Shown here piece after piece: positions 8,708-19,207 of a DNA stretch of 46,960 bases; positions within the stretch are counted from its first letter, which is position 1; every line of letters starts with the position of its first letter. Origin of the DNA: Methyloligellaceae bacterium (GTDB taxonomy: Bacteria > Pseudomonadota > Alphaproteobacteria > Rhizobiales > Methyloligellaceae); the NCBI GenBank assembly GCA_046717125.1, contig JBKJVQ010000070.1:1-46960 (forward strand). The letters are read 5' to 3'. Position numbers and translations under genes: made by a program. Below the pieces are notes generated by a model. That model saw nothing but the letters and a program-made list of their open reading frames with translations. It ran no database searches and was not told where the DNA came from.

Positions 8708-9847
8708 ATGGCGTCTCAATTCTCTCGCCTGCGGCGAGCCCTTCTATTCGGACTGGCCTCTGTCGTGATTGCCGCCTTTCCGTCCATCGGCGAAGGCCAG
8801 TCGCGCCTGCCGCTTCAGCCGGTCGGGTTCGACACGCTGCGCGGGTGGCCCGGTGACGATCATGCCGCTTCCTTCGCCGCGTTCCGGAAATCCTGCGCCG
8901 CGATCACGAAGGCCCGAACCCACAAACTCGCGGCGGCCTGCGCATCCGCAGCGAAGCTCGGGCGCGCCGACCGCGCCGCCGCCCGCCGATTTTTCGAGGA
9001 GTGGTTCCAGCCCCATATCGTGCGCGGCGGAGCGGGCGGCTTCCTGACCGGCTATTACGAGCCGGAGCTGAACGGCTCGCGCACCCGCGGGGGGCCGTAT
9101 CAGGTGCCGGTCTACGGCAAGCCGAAGCATCATGTCGCCGTTACCGGCGGCAACCGCCCTCGCGGCTTCCCCTCGAACCTCGAATTCGCGCGCGCGACTG
9201 GCGGCGGCCTCGCTCCCTTCCCGCCGCGCCGCGAGATCGAACAGGGCGTGCTTGCGGACGATCCCTCCGTGAAGCCGATTCTTTGGCTCGACGACTGGGT
9301 CGACGCGTTCTTCATGCATGTCCAGGGCTCGGGGCGCGTGCGCATGGACGATGGTTCGACCGTCCGACTCTCCTTCGCGGCCAAGTCGGGCTACCCCTAC
9401 ACGTCGATCGGCAAAGTGCTGGTCGACGCAGGGGAGCTTCAACGCGACGACGTGACCATGGAGACGATTAAGGCATGGCTGCGCGCCGACCCGGAGCGGG
9501 GCCGGCAAGTCATGTGGCGCAACCAGTCCTATATCTTCTTCCGTGAGCTTCCCGCGGGCGGCGGCGGACCGGTCGGCGGGCAGGGGGTGACGCTCACGCC
9601 CGGGCGCAGCCTCGCGGTCGACAAATCGTTCCATACGCTGGGGACGCCGGTCTTCGTGGAGTCGGACGCTTTCCGGCTGGCCGGCGCGCCCCCGTCGCGG
9701 CTGATGATCGCGCAGGATGTCGGCTCCGCCATCAAGGGCCCGCAGCGCGGCGACATCTTCTGGGGATCGGGGCCCGAGGCCGGACGGCACGCTGGCGTGA
9801 CCAAGCACCCTGGCCGGTTCGTGCTGCTTCTGCTGCGGCGCAGCTGA
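8708..9847 (+). CDS. mltA: Membrane-bound lytic murein transglycosylase A
   Basis: 379 aa with a signal peptide. MltA-domain motifs (FLTGYYEPEL, FFMHVQGSGRV) and 3D-domain end (AQDVGSAIKGPQRGDIFWGSG). Confidence 0.88.
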   Translation: MASQFSRLRRALLFGLASVVIAAFPSIGEGQSRLPLQPVGFDTLRGWPGDDHAASFAAFRKSCAAITKARTHKLAAACASAAKLGRADRAAARRFFEEWFQPHIVRGGAGGFLTGYYEPELNGSRTRGGPYQVPVYGKPKHHVAVTGGNRPRGFPSNLEFARATGGGLAPFPPRREIEQGVLADDPSVKPILWLDDWVDAFFMHVQGSGRVRMDDGSTVRLSFAAKSGYPYTSIGKVLVDAGELQRDDVTMETIKAWLRADPERGRQVMWRNQSYIFFRELPAGGGGPVGGQGVTLTPGRSLAVDKSFHTLGTPVFVESDAFRLAGAPPSRLMIAQDVGSAIKGPQRGDIFWGSGPEAGRHAGVTKHPGRFVLLLLRRS

Positions 9848-9861
9848 GGCGTCGCGTCGCC

Positions 9862-10443
9862 ATGAGCGGCAAACGGCGCGGCGTACTGAGCGACGAGGAC
9901 CGGACCCTCTGGGACCGCGTGAAGGCGTCGGTGACGCCGATGCATCCCGCGCCGAGGAAGCCAATATTGCGGGACACTGCGACGGCCGCGCATCATGCGG
10001 GGCCCGCCAAGCCATCGCGGCCGAAGCGGCATGCGCCGCCGTCCTGGTCGCCGCCGCCTGCGCCGAAGCGCCCCGTGGCACCACCGCAAGCCGCGACCGA
10101 CCGCGAGGAGGCTCGGGCGATCGCGTCGGGAAAGATCGAGATCGATGCGTGGCTCGATCTGCATGGGCTGCGTCAGGCCGAAGCCCATCGCGCGCTGATC
10201 GGCTTTCTCGTCAGTACACAGATGAAAAACCATCGGCTCGTGCTGGTGATCACCGGGCGTGGCGATCCTGAAGCCGCGCCGGGACGGTTCCTTACGGACA
10301 GCCCGCGCGGCGTTCTGCGCGCCGCCGTCCCGCATTGGTTGGGCGAGCCCCGTCTGAAGTCCGTCGTCGTCGGCTGGTCCCCCGCCCATCGCCGCCATGG
10401 CGGCGACGGCGCGCTATATGTGCGGCTCAAGCGGCTGCGGTAG
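9862..10443 (+). CDS. Smr-domain protein
   Basis: C-terminal Smr domain: IDAWLDLHGLRQAEAHRAL...LVITGRG...GGDGALYVRL. Pro-rich N-terminal half. Confidence 0.8.
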   Translation: MSGKRRGVLSDEDRTLWDRVKASVTPMHPAPRKPILRDTATAAHHAGPAKPSRPKRHAPPSWSPPPAPKRPVAPPQAATDREEARAIASGKIEIDAWLDLHGLRQAEAHRALIGFLVSTQMKNHRLVLVITGRGDPEAAPGRFLTDSPRGVLRAAVPHWLGEPRLKSVVVGWSPAHRRHGGDGALYVRLKRLR

Positions 10444-10457
10444 GGAGCCGTCGGGAG

Positions 10458-11807
10458 CTACAAAATAAACTTCGACAGATCGGCGTTCTTGGCGAGATCG
10501 CTGACATGCTTCTGCACATAGTCGGCGTCGATGGTCATCGTATCGCCGTCGCGGTCGGAGGCATCGAAGGAAATCTCGTCGAGGATGCGCTCCATCACCG
10601 TCATCAGCCGGCGCGCGCCGATATTCTCGATATTGGAGTTCACCTCGACCGCGACATCGGCGATCGCCTCGATCGCGTCCGGCGTCACATCCAGCGTGAC
10701 GCCTTCGGTCGCCATCAGAGCGACGTACTGCTTGATCAGGCTCGCCTTCGGTTCGGTCAGGATACGGACGAGATCCTCGCGCGTGAGCGGCTTAAGTTCG
10801 ACGCGGATCGGCAGCCTTCCCTGCAGCTCGGGCAAAAGGTCCGAGGGCTTGGCAACATGGAAGGCGCCGCTCGCGATGAACAGGATGTGGTCGGTCTTGA
10901 CCGGCCCATACCGCGTCCCGACCGTTGTGCCTTCGATCAGCGGCAGCAGGTCGCGCTGCACGCCCTCGCGTGAGACGTCCGCCCCGATCCGGTCGCTGCG
11001 CGCGGCGATCTTGTCGATCTCGTCGAGGAACACGATGCCGTTGTTCTCGACATTGCGGATCGCCTCCTGGACGATCAGATCGTTGTCGATCAGCTTGTCG
11101 GACTCTTCCGCGATCAGGATCGCGTAGCTGTCGGAGACGGTCGTGCGGCGCGATTTGGTTTTCTGCCCGAACGCCTTGCCCAGCATGTCGTTGAGATTGA
11201 TCATGCCGACCTGGCTTCCGGGCATGCCCGGTATCTCGAACGCCGGCATGCCGCCGCCCGTATCGGAAACCTGGATCTCGATCTCCTTGTCGTCGAGTTC
11301 GCCCGCGCGAAGACGCCTGCGGAATGTTTCGCGCGTCGCAGGGCTGGCGGTCGGGCCGACCAGCGCGGAGAGCACGCGCTCCTCCGCCTGCAGATGCGCC
11401 TTGGCCGACACTTCCTTGCGCCGCGCGTCGCGCGCAATCGCGATACCCGCCTCTAGGAGATCGCGCACGATCTGCTCGACGTCGCGCCCCACATAGCCGA
11501 CTTCGGTAAACTTGGTCGCCTCGACCTTGAGGAACGGCGCGTTCGCGAGCTTTGCGAGGCGGCGCGAGATCTCCGTCTTACCGACGCCGGTCGGGCCGAT
11601 CATCAGGATGTTCTTGGGCAAAACCTCTTCGCGCATGTCGCCTTCGAGCTGCTGCCGCCGCCAGCGGTTGCGCAAGGCGATTGCGACCGCGCGCTTGGCG
11701 TCTTTCTGGCCGATGATATAGCGGTCGAGCTCGGACACGATCTCGCGCGGCGAGAAGCTCTGCGTCTCGTCGGCAGGGGCTTTACGGGGTGCGTGCTGAT
11801 CCATCAT
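10458..11807 (-). CDS. hslU: ATP-dependent protease ATPase subunit HslU
   Basis: 449 aa with [32 protein letters not shown] and Walker [20 protein letters not shown]. Confidence 0.97.
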   Translation of the reverse strand: MMDQHAPRKAPADETQSFSPREIVSELDRYIIGQKDAKRAVAIALRNRWRRQQLEGDMREEVLPKNILMIGPTGVGKTEISRRLAKLANAPFLKVEATKFTEVGYVGRDVEQIVRDLLEAGIAIARDARRKEVSAKAHLQAEERVLSALVGPTASPATRETFRRRLRAGELDDKEIEIQVSDTGGGMPAFEIPGMPGSQVGMINLNDMLGKAFGQKTKSRRTTVSDSYAILIAEESDKLIDNDLIVQEAIRNVENNGIVFLDEIDKIAARSDRIGADVSREGVQRDLLPLIEGTTVGTRYGPVKTDHILFIASGAFHVAKPSDLLPELQGRLPIRVELKPLTREDLVRILTEPKASLIKQYVALMATEGVTLDVTPDAIEAIADVAVEVNSNIENIGARRLMTVMERILDEISFDASDRDGDTMTIDADYVQKHVSDLAKNADLSKFIL

Positions 11808-12367
11808 GACCGCCGCGATTCGAGGGTTTCGATAATCAGGTTTCCGTTCGTGTAGACGCAGATATCGGCTGCGATGCCCATGGCCTTGCGTGCGATTTCC
11901 TCGGCGCCCAAGTCCGTGTCGAGCAGCGCGCGCGCCGCGGCCAAGGCGAACATGCCGCCCGAACCAATGCCCATGACATCATACTCCGGCTCGACCACAT
12001 CGCCATTGCCCGTGAGCACCAGCGTCTCCGATGCATCGGCGACGATCATCATCGCTTCGAGCCGGCGCAAATAACGGTCCGTGCGCCAGTCCTTGGCGAG
12101 TTCGACACAGGCGCGCTTGAGCTGGGCGGGAAACCGCTCGAGCTTGGTTTCGAGCCGCTCGAACAGCGTGAAGGCGTCGGCGGTCGAGCCGGCGAAACCG
12201 CCAATCACGCCGCCGGTGCCGACCTCGCGCACCTTGCGCGCATTCGACTTCATGATGGTCTGGCCGAACGAGACTTGGCCGTCGCCGGCGATCACCACGC
12301 GGCCGCCCTTGCGCACGGTCAGGATCGTCGTGCCATGCAATGTCTCGGAAGAAATTGGGGTGTTCAT
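11804..12367 (-). CDS. hslV: ATP-dependent protease subunit HslV
   Basis: [23 protein letters not shown] active-site N-terminus. ATGA-type overlap with hslU. Start is ambiguous (ATG 12367 preferred, TTG 12406 in the track). Confidence 0.92.
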   Translation of the reverse strand: MNTPISSETLHGTTILTVRKGGRVVIAGDGQVSFGQTIMKSNARKVREVGTGGVIGGFAGSTADAFTLFERLETKLERFPAQLKRACVELAKDWRTDRYLRRLEAMMIVADASETLVLTGNGDVVEPEYDVMGIGSGGMFALAAARALLDTDLGAEEIARKAMGIAADICVYTNGNLIIETLESRRS

Positions 12368-12677
12368 ATGGATCAGCGAAATGGGCGTCGCCATGCCCAA
12401 AGTCAAGCTGCTCTACGCCGCCGCGCCGTGACGCGCTTGTTAGGAAGAACGCGTCAATATGGACAATTCTTAAGCGTTCGTTTACCGTTCCGGGTGGCGG
12501 GCGTGCGCCCCGGCGACCAGCAGTGCGAGGCTGGCATTCCGGGTCGAGGCGATTCTAGGCGTCGTTGACGGCGCCTTAAGGGTTACGAGGTAGTTCACGA
12601 TCGCATTTCCGGGCGCGGCGGCTCGGGGGAACGAGCGGCACGCGTGGCCGTCCCAAGCGGCGGAGGAGGATACGGGT

Positions 12678-12971
12678 ATGGCGGGACTCATGACGAAACC
12701 TCAGCACCCCGGCGCACTCCTGCGCGACATCGTCCTTCCCGAACATGATCTCGACGCCCGCGCGATGGCGCAGGCCATCAAACTGTCGCGCGACCGGATG
12801 GAAGCGGTGCTTGCGGAGAAGGAGCCCGTAACGCTCGACATCGCGCTCCGGCTGGTCATGGCGTTCGGCGGCTCGGCCGCGGCATGGGTCGCGATGCAGG
12901 CGAGCCACGATCTGTGGCAGGCCGCCCAACTGCGCCAGGGCGCACCGGAGCGTGTGACGCTCGCGGCTTAG
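12678..12971 (+). CDS. higA: HigA-family (XRE HTH) antitoxin-like protein with no intact partner toxin
   Basis: 97 aa. HPGALLRDIVLPEHDLDARAMAQAIKLSRDRMEAVLAEKEPVTLDIALRL matches the HigA/VapI antidote HTH pattern. Confidence 0.72.
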   Translation: MAGLMTKPQHPGALLRDIVLPEHDLDARAMAQAIKLSRDRMEAVLAEKEPVTLDIALRLVMAFGGSAAAWVAMQASHDLWQAAQLRQGAPERVTLAA

Positions 12972-13156
12972 CCGAACGCATAATTCACCAATGAATGGTC
13001 CGCATGTTGCCGCGGTTCCGTGCAGCATTCGGCTGTCTGCCCAGGCCACAACGGAGCGGCTCGAGCCGCAATGCCGCGGTATCGATCGCCGCGGTGAGCC
13101 CGGCGAGACGGTCTTTGCTGATTGATCCGCCGCTGTAAAGCGCGACTTTCAAAGGC

Positions 13157-15184
13157 TCACAGCTTGACGATCCGGGTCTCCCGGAGCGTGTCGAGAAAAT
13201 CGGCCTTTGCCGTCACCGGTGCGGAGCATTGCGGGCCGATACAGACATAGGCGGCGGGCTTGCCGTCTACCGGCGTCTTTCCCTCCGCGGCGGAACCCGG
13301 CAGCACCGCGCTCTTGGCTTCGATTGATTGCACGACTGCGCCCGGAAGCGACACGTCGCGCAGAACACTGCGCAGGCCGCGCGCTTCGCCGCGTTTGGCT
13401 GCGGCGATCACGACCGATTGCGGCGCGTCATACTCGATCGCCGCCGAAAGCAGCGAGGCATGGGTGAAGACGTTCGTGCCGACATCGCCCGCGAACACCG
13501 ACAGGATGGCCCGCGCCCGATCGAGATGCGATGCATCCCCTGTCAGCCCGGCGAGCGCCACATGGTTTGCGGCCATCACTCCGTTGGCGTTGGGCGTGGC
13601 TTCGTCAGCAGCGTTGAGCATGCGGACCAGCACGTCGTCCGCGTCATCCGCGGCAAGATAATAGCCGCCGCCTTCGGCTGCATGATGGCGCTGAAGCGTG
13701 TTGGCCCAGACGAGCGCCTGGTCGAGATAGCGCATATGGCCGGTGAGGCTGTGCATGCGTAAGGCGGCATGGATTATATTGGCGTAGTCGGTTGCAGTGC
13801 CCGCCGCCCCGGGCCGGCCGCCGCGGGCGGAGTGCCTCAAACGTCCGTCATCGTTCATGACCTTCAGTACGTGATCGAACGCGGCGACCGCCGCCTTCGC
13901 CCAGGCCGGCTTGTTGAATATCTCGGCCGCCTTCGCGAGCGCGCCGATCATGAGCCCGTTCCAGTCAGCCAGCACCTTGTCGTCGAGACCCGGCCTCACC
14001 CGCTGTTCGCGCCGAGCGAGCAGCTCGCGCCGAAGTCCCGCCAGCCGGCTCTCTTCGTCGTCCGTCAGCGGATCGATCGCGCCCAAGCGGTTGAGGATCG
14101 TTTTGCCTTCCCAGTTGCCCTCGGGGCGGACGTCGTAGGCCAGCGCGAAAAATGCGGCGTCGTCGGCGCCCAGGACCTCCTCGATTTCCGCTGCTTCCCA
14201 GACATAGAATTTGCCCTCCTCGCCTTCAGAGTCGGCGTCGAGCGATGAGGCGAAGCCACCCTCCGGCGTGACCATCTCGCGCAGGAGCCAGTCGATCGTC
14301 TCGGTAACCCGATCCTGATAGAGCGCGACGCGCCGCTCCCGCCACAGCTCCGTCATGAGGTCGATCAGGAGCGCATTGTCGTACAGCATCTTCTCGAAAT
14401 GCGGCACCAGCCAGCGCCCGTCGACCGTATAGCGCGAGAAGCCGCCGCCGAGATGATCGTAGATCCCGCCCTGCGCGACATGGGCGAGCGTGAGATCTGC
14501 CGCATCGCACGGCGCCGCGATCCCGTATCTGAGGCCTGCCCGCCACAGAAATTCGAAGAACAGGGACTGGGGGAATTTTGGCGCGCCGATCAGTCCACCG
14601 TTTTCGGTGTCGACCGCCCGCACCATGCGCAGCGCCAGCTCGGCGAGCTGACCCGCCGCGGGCGCCTCGCCCTTTGCGCGCGGCTGCGGCTCGAGCCGCT
14701 TCTTGAGGAGGTCGGCATTCTGCCGGATTTTTTCCGGTTCCTCGCTGTAGACGCGCGCGACCTCGCGTAGTGCATCGGTGAAGGCGGGGCGGCCGAAGCG
14801 TGAGTCCTTGGGGAAGTATGTGCCGCCCCAGAAAGGTTCGGCATCCGAGGTCAGGAACATCGTGAGGGGCCAGCCGCCCTGCTCGCCGAGTTCGTGGAGC
14901 GCCGCCATGTAGATCGCGTCGACGTCGGGGCGCTCCTCGCGGTCGACCTTGATGTTCACGAACAGGTCGTTCATCACCGCGGCGGTTGCCTCGTCCTCGA
15001 AACTTTAATGCGCCATCACATGGCACAAATGGCAGGCGGCATACCCCACCGAGAGGAGGATCGGCTTGCCCGAAGAACGCGCCTCGTCCAGCGCCTCGGA
15101 CCCCCAGGCGCGCCATGCGACCGGATTGTCGGCGTGCTGAAGAAGATAAGGGCTGGTTTCCTGCTTTAGTCTGTTATCCGCCAT
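13157..15184 (-). pseudogene. Thioredoxin-domain protein, YyaL/DUF255 + six-hairpin glycosidase-like fold, interrupted by an in-frame TAA
   Basis: The track ORF 13157..14977 lacks its N-terminus. Manual translation from ATG 15184 gives [89 protein letters not shown]. This is continuous and in frame (2028 nt = 676 codons) except for the stop at 15005-15007. Confidence 0.8.
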
Positions 15185-15268
15185 GGGTCAGTCTTGCCTC
15201 CGTCGCGCCGCGCGACTTGAGATGAATGCGCGGGAAGCCTATCGGTCGCGCGCGAGTGGGTTTAGCAC

Positions 15269-16615
15269 GTGATGGACGAGACACCAGACATGGCGGCGCC
15301 GGGCGGCGGCGACACGATCGTCGCGCTGTCCAGCGGTCAGGGGCGCGCCGGCGTCGCATTGATCCGCGTTTCGGGCGCGGGCAGCCGCGTGGCGCTGGAG
15401 AATTTGGCCGGACCCGTTTCGGCGCCCCGGCGCGCTAGCCTGCGGCGCCTGCGCAATCGAGAAGGAGAGATGCTCGATCGTGCACTGGTTCTCTGGCTGC
15501 CGGGCCCCTCGAGTTTCACTGGCGAGGACATGGCCGAGCTGCACGTCCATGGCGGGCGCGCCGTGGTCGACAGCGTCATCGCCGCCCTTCTCGCCCTTCC
15601 CGGCCTAAAGCTTGCGGAGGCCGGCGACTTCACGAGGCGTGCGTTCGAGAACGGCAAGCTCGATCTGACCGCGGTCGAGGGTCTTGCCGACCTGATCGAC
15701 GCTGAGACCGATGCGCAACGGCGTCAGGCCATCGCCCAGGCCGACGGCGCGCTGGCCGCGCTCTACGATGGTTGGCGTGACACGATCCTCCGCGCGCAGG
15801 CCCGCATCGAGGCGATGCTGGATTTTTCTGATGAGGCCGATGTGCCGGCAGCGGCCCCCGGATTGGACGCGGAGATCGGCGCACTACGCGACGCGATCAC
15901 GCGCCATCTCGAAGACGGCAGGCGCGGCGAGATCCTGCGCGACGGCTACCGCGTCGTCATCGCGGGACCGCCCAATGCGGGGAAGTCGACACTACTGAAC
16001 GCCCTTGCCGGCCGCGACGCGGCGATCGTGTCAGAGGAGCCCGGCACGACGCGCGACCTGATCGATGTGCGGCTTGATCTTGGCGGCTATCCCGTCATCG
16101 TCACCGACACGGCGGGGCTGCGCGCAGGAACAAGCGCCGTCGAGGGCGAGGGCGTGCGCCGCGCTCTGTCCCGGGCCGACGAAGCCGACCTCGTAATCTG
16201 GCTCACCGACGCGACGACCGGCGTGGCCCCGCCCCCGCCCGCACTCGCATCGCATCAGAACATGATCTCCGTGCGCAATAAATCCGACATCGCTAGGGGA
16301 GTGACGCGGGACGGCATCGCGATCTCGGCCCGCACCGCGGACGGGGTCGATCGTCTCATCGAGATTTTGACTGGGCACGCCCGCACCGCGCTACACCCCG
16401 GCGACGGACCGGCGCTCACCCGTGCGCGGCACCGGCACGCGCTGGATGAAGCGTCGGCCGCTTTGGCGCGGTTCTTTTCTGCGAAAGACGCTGCGCTCGA
16501 AATGCGGGCGGAAGAGCTGCGTATCGCAGCAACGCAGATCGGACGTGTGACCGGGCGCATCGATGTCGAGGACGTGCTGGGCGAGATTTTCGCCCGCTTC
16601 TGCATCGGCAAGTGA
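15269..16615 (+). CDS. mnmE: tRNA modification GTPase MnmE (TrmE)
   Basis: 448 aa with G1 motif GPPNAGKSTLLNAL, DTAGLR, and the C-terminal CIGK tetrapeptide. Confidence 0.95.
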   Translation: MMDETPDMAAPGGGDTIVALSSGQGRAGVALIRVSGAGSRVALENLAGPVSAPRRASLRRLRNREGEMLDRALVLWLPGPSSFTGEDMAELHVHGGRAVVDSVIAALLALPGLKLAEAGDFTRRAFENGKLDLTAVEGLADLIDAETDAQRRQAIAQADGALAALYDGWRDTILRAQARIEAMLDFSDEADVPAAAPGLDAEIGALRDAITRHLEDGRRGEILRDGYRVVIAGPPNAGKSTLLNALAGRDAAIVSEEPGTTRDLIDVRLDLGGYPVIVTDTAGLRAGTSAVEGEGVRRALSRADEADLVIWLTDATTGVAPPPPALASHQNMISVRNKSDIARGVTRDGIAISARTADGVDRLIEILTGHARTALHPGDGPALTRARHRHALDEASAALARFFSAKDAALEMRAEELRIAATQIGRVTGRIDVEDVLGEIFARFCIGK

Positions 16616-16629
16616 GTGAACGGCTCCGT

Positions 16630-16645
16630 AGATTCACGTGAAACA
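16630..16645. promoter_or_regulatory. parS-like centromere site AGATTCACGTGAAACA
   Basis: 14/16 match to the TGTTTCACGTGAAACA palindrome. Intergenic between mnmE and mnmG, about 2.6 kb upstream of parA. Confidence 0.6.
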
Positions 16646-16688
16646 TGCGCTCTGGACGATGTGTTGACGAAGTCCTAAACCCGCAACC

Positions 16689-18557
16689 ATGGGCAAGAAT
16701 TTCGACGTCATTGTCATCGGCGGCGGCCACGCGGGATGCGAGGCCGCCGCTGCCGCCGCGCGCATGGGCGCGGCGACGGCGCTCGTCACGCACAGATGCG
16801 CGACAATCGGCGAGATGTCATGCAATCCGGCCATCGGCGGCCTCGGCAAGGGGCATCTCGTGCGCGAGATCGACGCGCTCGACGGTCTCATGGGCCGCAT
16901 GGCCGATGCGTCGGGCATTCAGTTCCGCATGCTGAACCGCTCGAAAGGGCCGGCGGTGCAGGGGCCGCGCGCCCAGATCGACCGCAAACTCTACCGCGCG
17001 GCCATGCAGGAAGCGCTGGCCAGCTATGGCAATCTTACCATCGTCGAGGGCGCGGTGGACGATCTCGCCGTGAGGCGAGATCGCGCGGCGGGCGTCGTCC
17101 TCGCTGATGGACGTGCCCTCTATGCCGGCGCGGTCGTGATCACCACGGGCACATTCCTGCGCGGCATGATCCATATCGGCGAGACGCGCATCCCGGCGGG
17201 ACGCGTTGGCGAGGCTCCTGCCCTGAAACTATCGGAACGCCTCTATGCGCTCGGGCTGCCCATGGGTCGGCTCAAGACCGGGACGCCGCCGCGCCTCGAC
17301 GGCACGACAATCGATTGGTCCGGCCTTGATGTGCAGCACGGGGACGACCCGCCCGTTCCCTTCTCGTTCCTGACGGAACGAATCGGGACTCGGCAGACCG
17401 TCTGTCATGTCACTGCGACAAATGAGTCCACCCACGCGATCATCGCCGCGAACCTAAAGCGTGCGCCGATCTATTCCGGCCAAATCGAAAGCAACGGCCC
17501 CCGCTATTGCCCGTCGATCGAGGACAAGATCGTGCGCTTCCGCGAGCGGGGCTCACATCAGATCTTTCTCGAGCCTGAAGGTCTCGACGACGACACGATC
17601 TATCCGAACGGGATTTCGACGTCGCTGCCGATAGATGTGCAGCGGGATTTCCTCGCGACCATCCCGGGGCTCGAAATGGTCGCCATCCGTCGTCCCGGCT
17701 ATGCGATCGAATACGATCATGTCGATCCGCGCGCGCTGTCGCCTGCGCTCGAAGTCAAGCTTGTGCCCGGCCTGTTCCTCGCGGGCCAGATCAACGGCAC
17801 GACCGGCTACGAGGAAGCGGCCGCGCAGGGACTTGTCGCCGGGCTCAACGCCGCGCGGAAAGCGTCGGGCGCAGCCGACCCGTTCGTCGTATCCCGCGCG
17901 GACGCCTACCTCGGCGTCATGATTGATGACCTCGTCACCCGCGGCGTCGCCGAACCCTACCGCATGTTCACGAGCCGCGCCGAGTATCGGCTCAGCCTCC
18001 GCGCCGACAATGCCGACCAGCGGCTGACGCCGCTCGGCATTGCCTTGGGTTGCGTCGGCGACGCGCGCGCGGGGGTGTTTGCAAAGCGAAGCGCCGCGCT
18101 GGCGGAAGGCGAGGCGCGGCTCCGCGCGCTGATTTTGACCTCATCACAGGCGAGGAACGCCGGTCTCGCCCTCAACAGCGACGGACGCCGACGCTCGGCC
18201 TATGAGCTCCTCTCCTATCCCGGCATCGATTGCGCACGCCTCGCGCCGATCTGGCCGGACATTGCGGCGATCCCTGCGGCCATTCGCGTCCAGCTCGAAA
18301 CCGATGCGCGCTACGCCGTCTATCTTGACCGACAGCGCGCGGACATCGCGGCGCTACGCAAGGACGAGGCCGTCGTCATCCCGCCGGACTTTTCCTACGC
18401 GTTGCCGGGCCTGTCTGTGGAAATCCGCCAGAAGCTGGATGCAGCCCGGCCGTCGCATCTCGGCCACGCGGCGAGTCTCGAAGGCATCACCCCGGCGGCA
18501 GTCATGCTGCTGCTCGCGCATCTGCGCCGCCGGCATGCTGACCGCCGAGCCGGATGA
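16689..18557 (+). CDS. mnmG: tRNA uridine 5-carboxymethylaminomethyl modification enzyme MnmG (GidA)
   Basis: 622 aa with FAD motif [14 protein letters not shown] and [20 protein letters not shown]. Confidence 0.97.
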   Translation: MGKNFDVIVIGGGHAGCEAAAAAARMGAATALVTHRCATIGEMSCNPAIGGLGKGHLVREIDALDGLMGRMADASGIQFRMLNRSKGPAVQGPRAQIDRKLYRAAMQEALASYGNLTIVEGAVDDLAVRRDRAAGVVLADGRALYAGAVVITTGTFLRGMIHIGETRIPAGRVGEAPALKLSERLYALGLPMGRLKTGTPPRLDGTTIDWSGLDVQHGDDPPVPFSFLTERIGTRQTVCHVTATNESTHAIIAANLKRAPIYSGQIESNGPRYCPSIEDKIVRFRERGSHQIFLEPEGLDDDTIYPNGISTSLPIDVQRDFLATIPGLEMVAIRRPGYAIEYDHVDPRALSPALEVKLVPGLFLAGQINGTTGYEEAAAQGLVAGLNAARKASGAADPFVVSRADAYLGVMIDDLVTRGVAEPYRMFTSRAEYRLSLRADNADQRLTPLGIALGCVGDARAGVFAKRSAALAEGEARLRALILTSSQARNAGLALNSDGRRRSAYELLSYPGIDCARLAPIWPDIAAIPAAIRVQLETDARYAVYLDRQRADIAALRKDEAVVIPPDFSYALPGLSVEIRQKLDAARPSHLGHAASLEGITPAAVMLLLAHLRRRHADRRAG

Positions 18558-19207
18558 ATTCGTTTATTAAGGTTAACGACGCGCAAGACTTTGCGTCGGC
18601 ATTTTCCGTTTCACGTGAAACAATTGCATCGCTGGAAACTTACGTCGCGTTGCTGCGAAACTGGCAGCCTCGCGTCAACCTGATCGGCGCGAATACGCTC
18701 GACCACATCTGGCAGCGTCATGTGGCTGATTCGGCACAACTGGTTGCGCTCGCGCCGGACGCGGTGAACTGGCTCGATCTCGGCTCGGGCGCAGGTTTCC
18801 CCGGAATGGCGATTGCGATCCTGAATGCGAATCAGCCAGAGTTCCGCATGCATCTCGTCGAGTCGAACACCAAGAAGTGCGCTTTTCTCGCCAAGGTCGC
18901 GCGCGAGACGGGCGCACGTGTGGCGATCGTCAACCGGCGCATCGAATCCATTTTCCCCTCCTCTATCGTGCCAGGTCCGGACATCGTTTCGGCGCGGGCG
19001 CTGGCGCCCCTGCCCGAGCTCCTTGGTCTTGTGGCCCCCTGGCTTACGCCCGGCGTGCGCGGCCTGTTTCCGAAGGGCCGCGATGCAGACGCCGAGATCA
19101 CGGCGGCTCGCGTCCATTACAATTTTAGCCTTAGGGTCCATCCGAGCCGAACTGCGCCGGACAGTCAAATCCTCGACATCGCCGGGCCGATCAAGGAGCC
19201 ATCATGA
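18554..19207 (+). CDS. rsmG: 16S rRNA (guanine527-N7)-methyltransferase RsmG (GidB)
   Basis: 217 aa with SAM motif [20 protein letters not shown] overlap with mnmG. Confidence 0.93.
   Translation: MNSFIKVNDAQDFASAFSVSRETIASLETYVALLRNWQPRVNLIGANTLDHIWQRHVADSAQLVALAPDAVNWLDLGSGAGFPGMAIAILNANQPEFRMHLVESNTKKCAFLAKVARETGARVAIVNRRIESIFPSSIVPGPDIVSARALAPLPELLGLVAPWLTPGVRGLFPKGRDADAEITAARVHYNFSLRVHPSRTAPDSQILDIAGPIKEPS
18607..18622. promoter_or_regulatory. parS site CGTTTCACGTGAAACA
   Basis: 15/16 match to the TGTTTCACGTGAAACA consensus. Lies inside the rsmG 5' coding region (encodes ..VSRET..). Confidence 0.7.

Noticed and set aside
8744-10084. 446-aa minus-strand ORF. Similar long ORFs occur at 7743..8621(-), 4864..5703(-), 14226..15116(-), 19165..20016(-), 31315..32226(-), 33310..34905(-) and 41882..42484(-).
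   Set aside because: All lie antisense to, or out of frame with, genes that have clear family signatures (mltA/smr, tim44-like, aroE/coaE, the yyaL-like gene, parA, hisA, hisF-hisE-coaA, GH3). Their products are Arg/Ala/Gly/Pro-rich low-complexity sequence, typical of stop-poor frames in high-GC DNA.
12379-12407. Sigma-32-like promoter CTTG-N18-CCCATTT upstream of hslV
   Set aside because: It matches the alphaproteobacterial RpoH consensus loosely. However, it would place the TSS only about 5 nt before the preferred hslV ATG (12367), and it lies inside the alternative TTG-started ORF. It is too ambiguous to call without TSS data.
12576-12677. Possible HigB toxin remnant just upstream of higA
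   Set aside because: The best frame (RLKGYEVVHDRISG...RVAVPSGGGGYGYG) has only a vague resemblance to HigB C-termini and is closed by a TGA just upstream. This cannot be distinguished from chance by eye.
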